From positions 179,428,001 to 179,492,000 of the forward strand of contig NC_042997.1 of the NCBI RefSeq assembly GCF_006345805.1: DNA of 64,000 nucleotides, written 5' to 3'. The stretch is from Octopus sinensis. Its lineage: Eukaryota. This document shows, piece after piece, positions 13,879 through 26,470 of this stretch. Under the pieces are notes generated by a model, which was not told the DNA's origin, made no database searches, and saw nothing but the letters and a program-made list of their open reading frames with translations. Made by a program: the position numbers and the translations under genes. Every line of letters begins with the position of its first letter. Position 1 is the stretch's first letter.

Positions 13879-14203
13879 GATATGTAAATGTGTATATATT
13901 GACAGAGATTTCAAAGAATAGGAAGAATGAAAAAAACAGATATTAACATTCATACGGTTATACAGACACGTACTTACTTACAAGTAGACACATATAGACA
14001 TATGCGTACATAGATATACACATACATTCATATATACAATCATGCACACAAATATTAAACCGCGCCCGCGCGCGCACACACACACACGCGTGAGCGCGCA
14101 TACACATATATCACTGTGTTTGAAAGAATTCGTTTGGTCCTCCCAAAATTGTTCATAAGCACTAGCTCCGATTAATTTTCTATTATTTTTCAGCGTAGAA
14201 CAA

Positions 14204-14572
14204 TGTATGGTAGACCTAACAAAAAGAGTAAACTGTAGACAATAGACCAAACAGAAAATAAGCATCCAAATAGTCCAGACAGTAAATTAAATGAAGAAAA
14301 ATATCGGAAAAAATTCAACCCAGCATCCTATGGTAGGCTAAATAGAAAATAAAAGCGATGTATGGTAGACCAAGCAGAGAATAAAAAAAATAATAAAAAG
14401 ATATGGTCGACCAAACGGAGAATCAACAATCTTTGATAGACTATAAAGAAGATTAAAGCTATCGGCAAAGACCAATCAAGCTATGAAGGACTAAAAGTAA
14501 AATAAAAGAAATAGGTTGCAACAAGTGGAAAGTAAAGAGTAACATATGTTAGACAAAACGGAGAGTAAACAA
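14204..14572. repeat. Degenerate minisatellite
   Basis: Recurrent unit tatggtagaccaaacggagaataaa at ~14206, 14329, 14361, 14402 and 14544. Confidence 0.55.
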
Positions 14573-14685
14573 AGTATATTATAATATGCACAGAAGAGCA
14601 ATGTAAGGTGGCCCGAAGAGGAAATAATCAGCATTACACATGTTAAGGATAATAAACCGGAAGCTACGACTAAATATCTACTTCG

Positions 14686-15054
14686 TATTTCTTTATTGCC
14701 CAAAAGGGGTTAAAGATAGAGGGGACAAACAAACGGATTAAGTCGATTATATCGACCCGAGTGCATAACTGGTACTTAATTTATCGATCCCGAAGGGATG
14801 AAAGGCAATGACGACCTCAGCGGAATTTGAACTCAGAACATAGCGGCAGACGAAATACCTATTTCTTTAGTACCCCCAAGGGGCTAAACACAGAGAGAAC
14901 ACACAAGGACAGACAAACGGATTAAGTCGATTAGATCGACCCCAGTGCGTAACTGGTACTTAATTTATCGACCCCGAAAGAATGAAAGGAAAAGTCGTAG
15001 CGGCAGACAAATTATTGTTAAGCATTTCGCCTGGTGTGCTAACGTTTCGCCGCC
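14686..15054 (-). mobile_element. Dimeric SINE family A
   Basis: Two reverse-complement units; junction aaagaaataggtatttcgtctgccgc at ~14845-14870; first unit internally deleted. Confidence 0.85.
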
Positions 15055-15322
15055 ATTTCTACACACAGTAGAGACTGTACAAGATAATAAAGAAATGATA
15101 CAGCAAAACTTTTACGAGATTAATAAAGAAACGAGCACTGACATATAATGCTTAAAGTCGATTTTGTTCAGTGATTTGTTTAAGTTTCGTATGATGTTTA
15201 ATCCATACAAATGACAGGTGTATATAAATAGTTCTTATATGCATGAGCTTAATGATTAAGCTATATACTAATTCTTCTCAGGGTTTCTAACATTAATAAT
15301 GGCGTTAATATCTTTAATAGGC

Positions 15323-15666
15323 TTGGCACTCCATCGGTTACGACGACGAGGGTTCAAGTAGATCAGATCAACGGAACAGCCTGCTCGTGAAATTAACGTG
15401 CAAGTGGCTGAGCTCTTCATAGACACATGTATCCTTAACGTACTTCTTGGGGGAGATTCAGTATGTCACAGTGTGACAAGGCTGGCCCTTTAAAATACAT
15501 GTACAACAGAAACAGGAACAGTAAAGCAGAGTTCGCCCCCACCCCTGAGGGAGCGTCGTGGAGCTATAAGTGTTTTCGGTCAATAAATACTCCCGATTTG
15601 GGAATCGAAACCGCGATCCTACGACAGCGAGTCCGCTGCCCTAACCACGGGACCATTGCGCTTCCA
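15323..15666 (-). mobile_element. tRNA-derived SINE family B, near full length
   Basis: Reverse complement begins tggaagcgcaatggtcccgtggttagggcagcggactcgc...cgcggtttcgattcc; same head as 34702 and 23203. Confidence 0.8.
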
Positions 15667-16589
15667 TTTCCTTTTAAAAGTAAATATATAACGTGATAAA
15701 TCTGGAGATAGACAAATGTATAGAACATTGAAAATGCATAGAAAATGGTATTTCAATCCGATAATACATTACATTAAATAAACTATATTTATTCAAAGCA
15801 GGAAACTAAACGTGAATCGTGAGAGCTTTACGTCCTCTCAATAGACACAAAAGTTTGTGTAATCTTCGCTGAAATATAGATTGTTTAATTACATAATTAT
15901 ATCATTAATACCACTTAATAAGTAATTTGCCGCGATAAACATAATTTGTTTCCAAACATAGAATTAAGATCTCAAAGTTAGTGTAAAAAAACGATCATTT
16001 TTGAAAAAAGAATTTCATTTGTGGTAAATTTTACTGAAATCTAATGACAACGCATTATTGGCCTTGCTTGGATTTGAAATAAAAATACGCTGAGACGGTA
16101 CAAATACAGCAACGTATATTTTGCAGCGATCAAAGCTTTCTTTTTATATATAGTCCTCTACAAACTTTAAGGCCTATTCTCGTTCGGTTTCGCTGTAAGT
16201 CTCCACTGTTATTTCTTTGTTCCCAACTTTGACCCTTCATAAATCCTAATTCTTATTTTAGAATTGATGGGACCTAATGTCTTTGAAGACACATATTGTC
16301 GTTTGAATGTTCGAAGTGAGAAGTAGATAGACAGCCGACAACTGATGAAGGGTATTTTTCTTTGTTAAATTATCCTGTTTCCATTCTTTCTCGTTATTTA
16401 CGTATTTCAATCGTTTTTGTCCTGTAATCACTGTCCACGTCGTGTAACTATCGTGTGCTATGATATTTGCACAGTAGGTGACATCCTGTACCCATATATG
16501 CATGTACGTGCATATATATATATGTATGTACGTGCATATATATATGCATGTACGTGCATATATATATATTATATATATATATATATATA

Positions 16590-16627
<38 letters not shown>

Positions 16628-16693
16628 AATTTATTTATTTAATAGAACGCGACGCATCAAATCCCATGTAAATATATATATATATGAGAGAAT

Positions 16694-16978
16694 GCATGGT
16701 TAGGGTGCTGCCCTCACGATCGCAAGGTCGCAGTCTCAATTCCTAGAGAGGGTGGTGCGTTGCATTCTTGAGCAAAACACTTAGTCTCACGTTGTTCTGT
16801 GATCACTTCGACATTTGACGCGCAGTACACCGAACACTCGCTGAAACAACGTCAATTTGATGGAGAGAATGATCAGATGTACTGCACGAACATTTGATCA
16901 CAAATTTAAAACAATCATTTGTGCAGATCTTTCAGCAAACGCTGAAAGTTCATACGTCGTCTTCGACGGGAGAGTCCA
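16694..16978 (+). mobile_element. Degenerate tRNA-derived SINE with CORE-like segment
   Basis: tRNA-like head ggttagggtgctgccctcacgatcgcaaggtcgcagtctcaattcc, then cttgagcaaaacacttagtctcac. Confidence 0.6.
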
Positions 16979-18189
16979 TCTTATATATGAATGTCTGTGA
17001 TTGTGCGTCTTTGTAAGAATGTGTGTGCATGAGCAGAATTTATATAAGCAAATGGAGAACCACCTAAAGTACCGACTGATAAGTGGTGGTCAATGGTATC
17101 GAATAACTCCCTCTTTACAATTGTTGAACTTGTGCCTTAATCAGACACAATTATGTTTGTACAATTTTAATTGTATATCATGAAAACTGTCAAGAAACCC
17201 TACTGGTATGATTTACCTGCTGGGCAAAACTTATAAGTAACTGTCAATTTATATTATGTTTATTTATCTCTATATTTTGCATCGGGTTCTAAATCAAATA
17301 TTCTTTAACCAGTACCTAACGTACCTAAGTATATTTTAAACAGCTGCATTGATCGACCGATAAATATGTAGGTATGCATGTACGTATGTATGTATGGATG
17401 TACGTAGGTACGTATGTGTATATATATATATATATACATGCATACATTTATAAAGAAGCATTGGTTTTTTCAAGATGTATGTGAATTTGACCTGTGTAAG
17501 TCTGTTTTCTTATGAACTTTGGACGTATTTGTTTGAGGGAAGTAAAATACTTTTTTCAAGTATTTTTCAAATATTTAATTTTTTTTTAAACTTAAAAAAT
17601 ATTTTAATCATCTGAAAAACCTTTTTTAGTCGGTGGACATTTATTTTGTTTTATTTTTACCTTTGCTTATTTTATATTTTTCTATTAGGTTTCTTGGTAG
17701 TTTTTGAATTTTTAGCCGTTTATATTTAACTTTTTGTTAGGCCATACTATTTGTATTTTTTCGATTATATATTTTTACCTTCTGTGATTTTATGTATATG
17801 TAATATTTTTATGTGTTTGGGAACCATGGTGATTTTTATATATGCTTAAATGTCTGAGGAGTGGTGTTGTATATAAAGTAGTTGACCTAAATTTAATGTT
17901 TGTTCTATAACCAATGCTTCTTCATCTTCATCTCATTTATATGTGAGCAATTCTTTTGCAGTCCTATATATATACAACACACACACTCACACACACATAT
18001 ATAAAATTAAGGAGAGGAGAAAACAAATTGAAGGGCTGATGAATATATTCATTCAATCGATATTAACGAAGTTCTCCATGGTAGACAAAGTGCATACATA
18101 GATGAATTCATCTATATGATATATAAAAAAATTTAAGAATTTATAAATACATGCATATACATGAAATTTTATAAATATATAAAAATTCA

Positions 18190-18570
18190 TTGGGCAAGTG
18201 TCTTCTGCACCTTGGGCAAGTAACTTCTGCACCTTGGGAAAGTGTCTTCTACTATAGCCTGGAGCCGACGAAAGCCTTGAGAGTGAATTTGGTAGACGGA
18301 AACTGAAAAACAGCCCATCGTATATATGTATATGTACATATATATATATATATATGTATGTATGTATGTGTGTATATATGTTTGTGCGTCGCTTGACAAC
18401 TGATGCTGGTGTGTTTATGTCCCCGTAACTTAGCGGTTCGGCAAAAGAGACCGATAGAATAAGTACTAGGCTTACAAAGAATACGTCTTGGGGTCGATTT
18501 GGTCGACTAAAGGTGCTGCACTAGCATGGCCACAGTCATATGAATGAAACAAGTAAAAGAATAAAAGAGA
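18190..18570 (+). mobile_element. 5'-truncated SINE family C with 22-bp tandem repeat at its 5' end
   Basis: ttgggcaagtgtcttctgcacc repeated 2.x times, then ggtagacggaaactgaa, a microsatellite, and taacttagcggttcggcaaaagagaccgatagaataagtactagg...gaaacaagtaaaagaataaaaga. Confidence 0.85.
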
Positions 18571-19229
18571 ATATGAAAATTTAGAAACGCAAAAAATTTT
18601 TAAATGTAGATATATAAAAAAAGTGTAAGTCCATAAATGTACTTGTGAAGTCCGAATGGAAAGGCTGATGACGCGGATGTAAATTGATTCATAAGGAGTC
18701 TGGAACGTGTATAAATTCTTATGCTCGTTTCGAAAAGATATAGGTTGCTATAGGCGAGCTAAATTAATCATAGCAATATTCTATATTTCTCTCATCAGAG
18801 TTAATAGAATCACAAGTTTAAAATTTTAAAAGAAATGGTGGGTTAATTAATTTAAAAAATCGAATGTTTGATCGGACTATTCTCTTCGGGCATATCTTTG
18901 TCACATGTTTCTTCATTGTTATATATATATATATATATATAATTTATTTTGTTCCACAAAAGAGAGCATAGGATTGGTTAAAATTCGAAAAATATCAAAA
19001 AAGCCAAGTGAAAATAATGTTTTCTTTTGACACATTCTACCAGTATACGAAGTTTCAAATTGTTTAGTTAACTAGAAATTGTGTTGAATTATGTCTACGA
19101 AAAGGAAAAGATCATATAACCCTTTATACGTTTCCCGCTACGTTCGTGCATAAGTGTCACGAGATACCATATTTTGCGCCTACAAAGAAAGCCAACACGG
19201 TTGAGTGAACATGTTTAGTTATAATGAAG

Positions 19230-19470
19230 GCACTCCAAATTTAATCTAACCAGTACTTCTATGGTCTCCCAAAAATTCAGACTATTAAGAATGCATGTAA
19301 AGAACTAAAGTCGCATAAACATACAATATACCACCGACCTTAAATTCAGACCAATCGTAGCAGGCCTGATCTGTGAAACATATCGACATTTTAGATATAT
19401 TACTGAAACCTACTTTAAAATAGAACCAAGTTTTGGGTGGGACGACCTGGGTATTTTTTCTATTCCAGGC
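19230..19470 (+). pseudogene. Penelope-like element reverse transcriptase N-terminal relic
   Basis: Frameshifted motifs YFYGLPKI (19254), DLKFRPIVAG (19336) and LDILLKP (~19391) match the PLE RT signature FYGLPKIHK...PLRPIV...LD.LLKP. Confidence 0.75.
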
Positions 19471-20053
19471 TATTTCGCATGCTTCCAACGAATGTGACAT
19501 CGAAATCGCGCGTAAACAGCTCGTTTCTCCAGAAAAGAAAAAATTGGCTGCTATTTCTTGCACGCTCTGCTACCACGTAACAGGTATTTCTAGTTTTTTA
19601 TCATAAATAGATGTTAAGTGGTAGCAGGGCTTGCTAGAAACAGCAGCCAAATCTTTGGAGCTAAGATACGTTGAATGCACTTGAAAAAATATTTGTAATG
19701 GTGTTCCTTTGGGACGATCTGTCGCTTTGACTCTTAGAACTGTCATCCAGATCAGCTGGTTTTGTTCGTTAATTTCTGTAAATTTGTTTAATTATTTACT
19801 TTTCATTTAAAGTGAGAGGAGAAAGTGAAAGATGTATGAACGTGTATATTGAAATGGACGCGTGTGTGTGTGTGCGAGAGAGAGAGAGAGACAGATAGAG
19901 ACAGTGCCACTTACACATACATGAGAACACTCGTTCACCTACTCTCTCACTGTCTCTCTCTCTCACACATGCACAGGTACATAAAAAAGATGTACGCATA
20001 TATATTGGTGTATATACTGGTACATGACAACACACCCCTTCACTCACTCTCTA

Positions 20054-20091
<38 letters not shown>

Positions 20092-20748
20092 TTCTGAGAA
20101 TCAAAGTGATAGATCGCCATTCACTTGAAAATAAATTAAAAAATTACATCAAATCGTTGTCTGATTAAAGAAAACTAAAATATAAATGCTTACTGTACAA
20201 ACAACTTCCATTTTTGAGATCACATTTACTTAAAAATATTTCTAACTGATAAAAATATTGCATACGTCTTTTCGCTTGGAGAGGTCGAAGACTATGTGAG
20301 TGTATGTGTCATGGATAGCGGATGTGTGTTTGTGTTGACTGATACGCTATGTCACTCATTATTTCTGTGTGTGTTCTGTATATGTGTATGCGTGTTGACG
20401 TCACGGATGCCATGTTTTTTGTTGTCACGAAATAACGAACAAATATTGTGTTTAATCGTTTTCATTAATAGAGTTCTAAATACCACAAAGATTTGTACTG
20501 CACTGCCAAAGCTAAGTATGAGAATAAATATACAAAAACATGTTGAGATAATATATATTATTTCTGAGATATTACGGGGACGCACAAACATCTCCAGAGT
20601 TTTAGTATTATTAAGATCTGCCGTAGTGAGTGGTATATGTAGTAACAAGTTGATGGTAAATATTTACGTTGTGGATTGATGATGAAAAAGGCTATCATAT
20701 GCTAGAATATATGTCCCGTACTGCAAACATCTGTAATCGAGCAATACC

Positions 20749-20978
20749 TATTTCTTTATTACCCACAAGGGGCTAAACACAGAGGGGACAAACAAGGACA
20801 GACATAGGTATTAAGTCGATTACATCGACCCCAGTGCGTAACTGGTACTTAATTTATCGACCCCGAAAGAATGAAAGGCAAAGTCGACCTCGGCGGAATT
20901 TGAACTCACAACGTAACGCAGACGAAATACCGCTAAGCATTTCGCCCGGCGCGCTAACGTCTCTGCCAGCTCGCCGCC
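20749..20978 (-). mobile_element. Young full-length SINE family A with 15-bp TSD
   Basis: Perfect direct repeat taatcgagcaatacc at 20734-20748 and 20979-20993; intact head and B box. Confidence 0.92.
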
Positions 20979-21486
20979 TAATCGAGCAATACCATCACCA
21001 GCACACCAGTACCATATGTACCAGAGCAAGCAAAAATACAGCATCACAAACAGCAAATGAATATCCACTAGATCGTCACTTCCATCATTTACCATCTTCA
21101 TTCTACATTTTCTCAATTTAGTTTTTTGGCTAATATGTCTGTCTCTTTTGTCTCGTTATTTTTCGCTTCTCTCTCTCACTCTTAATTGACTGGTAATTTC
21201 ATCTTCGTTTTTTTCTCTGTTTGACTTAATCAATCTCTCTGTTACTCTCTCTCTGTCTCTCTCTTTCTCACTGTATTTTCAAATCAGCATAATGACAGCC
21301 ATAACATGCTTGTGTTATTTTCCCTTATCATCACACAGAATATAGTTGGGTTGATAGGATAGTACCATTGTATTAATACATAGATATTACGTGTTTATCT
21401 AAATCTTAATACAGAAACACACACAATTATACTCCCACACTCACACACATATACGCATGTACATATATGCATACATACATTCACAT

Positions 21487-21526
<40 letters not shown>

Positions 21527-22194
21527 AAGTATACATTTTATGAAAATGGCATTTTATTGATGAGCAGAACATTGACATCATTATCTTTCAAAGATATGCT
21601 ACACTTCTATCAACGACGCTTTAAGTGGCTGACATTTTAATCTAATTAAAAATTTACTATTAACCTTATAGTTTTGCTTCCAAAATGCATTTGTATAAAC
21701 GTCGATTCACGCGCAGATCCAGAATAAGCATACAGACACAAAGACTGGAAATGGAGCAGCAATAACATGCTACTTAGAATTATCTAGCGGTTTACACTCG
21801 AGTCTTGCATTTTATATAGCCATCTCAAATGTCATACTTTTATTATCGTTATTCAGAAAATATTCATTGATGTCGTTAGCGTTATTAATATATGAAAAAT
21901 GTAATCATACTTAGAATTATATATTTTTTCTCAATTGGCCTTGAAACTACTATTGGTCATGAATGTAGCATTTAAATTGCCATCAGTATTTTCTTACTCA
22001 ATTTGTATTCGCAGACAAACTGAATAAACGTATTCGACTAAGGTTTGTAAATTATGTATTTAAAACGTATGAAAACGCAACACATGTCGCTAATCTGTGA
22101 CCCTTGAATATACGATATCCTTTCACGGTCAAAGCACTCCGCTGAAGATGCACAGTTTTAGAAAGGACAAGGTTGAATTTCCTTCGACAATCTA

Positions 22195-22264
22195 CCGGGG
22201 TCGATGTAATTGACTCATACACTCCCCTCCTAGCTGCCCTTATGGCAAAATTGGAAAGCATTAT
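22195..22264 (+). mobile_element. SINE family A 3' fragment
   Basis: ggggtcgatgtaattgact...ccttatggcaaaattggaaagcattatt. Confidence 0.5.
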
Positions 22265-22660
22265 TGTCCTGTACAGCATAAGCAGCACACCAGCATACTG
22301 TTCAACTGCTCACACGATTTATTCATTACTTTGTCTAGCATGTGGCTAGTGTTCGTGACATACAATAGATGCCTTCATATATGATTTTCATTGTATATTC
22401 TTCCCTATTGCAACACTGAATTTTATTCTGATTAAGTATTAAACATACTGAACTCATTTTTATTTCTCCAAAGTATGCATACTTTCATAAGTTTATAATT
22501 TAGCCGTGTCAAAAATAACGAAAATTTATATCATTAGAATTCTTAGTTTTTTTGGGTTTTTTTGCTGATTTCCTGCTCCACGTATTTCTTTTTAAGAAAA
22601 CATTTATGACTTATTTCGTCTTTGAATTTGGTTTGCAAGATTCTTTATACGAGTTCGTGT

Positions 22661-22740
22661 GTTGAAGCATATTCTGTTGTGTCTGGGGAGAGTCATTTTC
22701 TTTTTGTGCCTTATAATGTAACACACTCACCGGTAAAATT
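22661..22740 (+). repeat. Short dispersed repeat, three copies in window
   Basis: catattctgttgtgtctggggagagtcattttc..gtgccttataat..accggtaaaatt; also at 45318-45370 (+) and 45978-46059 (-). Confidence 0.7.
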
Positions 22741-23202
22741 ACCACTTATTTCTTATTTTTATTTTCCTAAAATTTTCGTTGCGTCTGGCAACATTTTTAA
22801 TAGTCTTGACTCTGTATATAACTACGTAATATACATTCAAAAACTAGACATTCATACAATTGTCTATCATGAATATTATTTTCAATATAAAATATTGGAT
22901 CGATTGATAAGCCAAAACAATTTAATTATATCGATTTCATTGGTGACATAGGAACATGGCCAAACGTTTACACAAATAAATATTGATTTCTACGTTGGGC
23001 TAAATGTTATGCATTTGTGGGGAGAATATAATCATTCGAATTGGACTATTATGTATTGGAACTTTAATTTGTTTGCTCCGGAAGGATGAAAAGTGATGTC
23101 AGCAAGATTTAAATAACAACGTCAAGGATCAAGGGAATATAAATTATATTGCTTATAATTGTATAATTATATTGTATACAATGTTTTGTGATATAGTGAC
23201 AG

Positions 23203-23500
23203 TGGAGGCACATGGCCTAGTGGTTAGAGCAGCGGACTCGCGGTCGAGGGATCGCGGGTTCGAATCTCAGACCGGACGATTTGTTTTTTTATGAGCGAAA
23301 ATACCTAAGCTTCACCTGGCTCCGGCAGTAGGTAATGGTGAAACTTCTTATGACTCTTTCGCCACAACATTCTCCTGCATCTTGCAGCTCACCTGCGATG
23401 GACCGGCGTCCCGTCCAGGTAGGGAACCTATACGGCAAGAAACCAGGAAACCGGCCCTTATGAGCCAGGCATGGCTCGAGAAGGAACAAACAACAAAAAA
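23203..23500 (+). mobile_element. tRNA-derived SINE (family B head, distinct tail) with 12-bp TSD
   Basis: A box tggcctagtgg, B box ggttcgaatc, A-rich tail; TSD atatagtgacag (23191-23202) and atatagcgacag (23501-23512). Confidence 0.88.
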
Positions 23501-24308
23501 ATATAGCGACAGGGATTTTGTGGCTATCGCTCTTTCATCATAGGTGATACTCGGAAAAGAATATACAGGAGAGATTTATAGAGGTAATTAAAAACAGACA
23601 AAGGAACAAAACAGAAATATAAACAAAATGAAGCAAAGACTTAGTGAGAGAGATGTCGGAGAGAAAGAGGAAGCAGGAAGTACAGCAGGAGAGATGTTGA
23701 ATGAAACTTTAGCATTTTAATTCTTCTATTCAGAAGTAAGTTACGAACCGGTTTTAATAATTAATCCGCAATAAATAAAGAAACCTGAAAATGTCAAATT
23801 AACGTTGTGCATAAATAATTGAGATAGACAGTAGCACTTGAATAGCAATGTTAGTTTGTTGACCTAAAGAAAATAACAATGTTCGTCGATATACACACTT
23901 CACTTTACAAGACGTAATATCTATATGTAACTATCACATTAGAAAAACATTTGCAAATTACGTGTGTATATAAGTGTGTATGTATGCATGTATGTAAGAG
24001 TATGTGTGCGGATATATATATATATAATATATATATATATATATTATATATATATATAAATATATATATATAAATGTATACATATACACACATACGTATA
24101 CATATGTACATATAGGTATGAGTATATCTGTATCTATGTCTATATCTATCTATGTGTGTATAAATGTGCGTGTGTGAGCGTGCCTGTATGTATATATATG
24201 TGTGTGTGTGCGTTTACGCAGAGTGACGGATACATACCTATATACGTTCAATTATACATATTTATAAGCATTCATGTATGTTTTTTTCAGCCACACACGC
24301 ACACACAC

Positions 24309-24357
<49 letters not shown>

Positions 24358-24743
24358 ATGAGCGAGAGAGAGACAGAGAGAAAGAGAGAGACAGAGAGAA
24401 AGAGAGAGACAGAGAGAGATCTACGTATATTCTCAGTTGCTAAACAGACACCCGTGAGACCTAACATCGTAGAAAGATTAAACAGATGTTCACAATTCTG
24501 ACTCCGCATATTTATTTATTTATGTACCATATTCCCACTCACCGATTATTGACAGGCCATCAACCTTGCACAATTATGGGTAATTAGTCTGCTGCTACCA
24601 CCTCTCAATTTGAAGGAAGAGGAAGTAAAGAAATTTTGTTTCAATACTCATGCCAGACTGCCGAATATGCCTCGCCATTGGGGCTTCTTCACAGCTCGAA
24701 GTAATGTGAATAAATTTTGATTATATATATATATATATATATA

Positions 24744-24951
24744 CGAGGGGTACTGAAAAGATTTTGGCTTCGGATAAAAGAAATTACAGGAGGATCAGTT
24801 AATTATGATTTTATTAACATATTACCCTTACAGAGTTGCACACTTATTGCAACAATCCTTCAAATTTCTTCGTAGCTCATTCAAGCAAGCTGGGCTCTAA
24901 CCATGCCTTTCACGATACCCTTAAAGCCAGGAACTTTTCAGCACCCTCTTG
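24744..24951. mobile_element. Tc1/mariner-type MITE, ~208 bp
   Basis: Imperfect TIRs cgaggggtactgaaaagattttggctt and aaagccaggaacttttcagcaccctcttg; preceded by TA. Confidence 0.75.
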
Positions 24952-25173
24952 TGCATATATATGTGTGTGCGTGTGTGTGTGTGTATGTATACATATATCC
25001 TAGCAGCTGTCTGCCGGTGGGTAGTACTATGCTGGTGAACATTCTTTAGAGCCTTATATGACCTAGGAGAGCCGTATGCTCCCCTGCTGCCGTTCAGTTT
25101 ATCAATGGAAATTCAGCTACTGCTACCGTGACATGACTTCGTTAGAATGGTTTCTTGTTGCCCAATACAATCA

Positions 25174-25378
25174 GGTGGTATTTGAACTCAAAACGGAGAA
25201 AGCCAGAAGTTACACCGAAGAGCATCGCTGCCGACGCGCCAACGTTTATGCCACCTTCTAGCCACTGAACAATGAAGTATTTTGTATAGGAATACAACGC
25301 GTCGCCTAGTGCGGGAATCGAACCCACAATCAATCAATCGTGAGTAGAATATCCTAACCACTAGGCCACGCCCCTTTA
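25174..25378 (-). mobile_element. Two degenerate tRNA-like SINE heads
   Basis: Reverse-complement B boxes tttgaactc (~25180) and gggaatcgaaccc (~25313), plus A-box-like cctaaccactaggccac. Confidence 0.6.
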
Positions 25379-26401
25379 CATTCACGTGCACACACACACA
25401 TATACAACTATATTTATATATATTCATATATATAGGTGTGGATTGGACACAAGCAAACGGAGAACAGATGTGGATGCATTAGTCAGTCGATGGGAAATAT
25501 TATATAATGATGGGTCATAAGTACAGGCAGTGAAGAGGCAATGTATCTGGTCAAGGAAATGGTGGAGAGAGCAAAGAGACAGGGGAACGACTTGGTCAAA
25601 TGGAAGAGGGGAGTGAGAACGTAGATTTGCTAAAGATGAGAGAGTAAGTGTAAGTTATCCTCTATCGTCACAACAGCTATTAAACGATGACTATATTGCT
25701 AAATAATGAGAGGTATGGGAAGGTGACCGAATGCAAAGGAACCTTATCAGTTATTTCAGACGGTCAAACAAAGAAACAAAACCGAACCCTATCAAAGTGT
25801 AGAGACAATCGTTGACGTGCGTGGAAATCGTGACAACTATCACATATTTACGAGGAGGAATAGGCGAACAAGTGACGGGTGGAATGGAAGAGATATCTCT
25901 CAGAGAGAGAGAGAGAGAGCATTAAGTGTAACATGAATGAATATTGAGTTTGATAGGTGAGTGTGATCGGAGTGATGTAACCATACTTATCTGTGTATAT
26001 GTGCATATGACTATATCTCCATCAAATATTACATATGTATACACACACACACACACATATATATATATGACCATCCACTGACCATTCAAAATACTACTAT
26101 CATGGTACTCCCAAATTCTTCTCCTTCTTCCCCTTTGCCTCCTCCTTTTTCTTCTTCCTTACCAAGAATTCACAACGACCGCGAACCCACAAGAGTAAAC
26201 AAGAGAGACAGGGACAGGCAGAAACACGGGAAATGCCACTTGTATTTGAACACTATACAAATACTTAAAAAAAAAAACGTTTCTTTTAATTTTTCTAAAT
26301 GTAATTATTTAATTGTTACAGTTGAAAAATCTCAATGACTGAAACCGGTACTGAAATGTTGTTTATAAAATTATTTTAGCATTTTCTATCTTGATTTTTT
26401 T

Positions 26402-26470
<69 letters not shown>

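Noticed and set aside
18770-18815. Hammerhead from CUGAUGA-GA-GAAA
   Set aside because: No room for stem II and stem I does not pair.
23203-23276. tRNA gene
   Set aside because: Has A and B boxes, but continues into a SINE body with tail and TSD; no complete acceptor stem.
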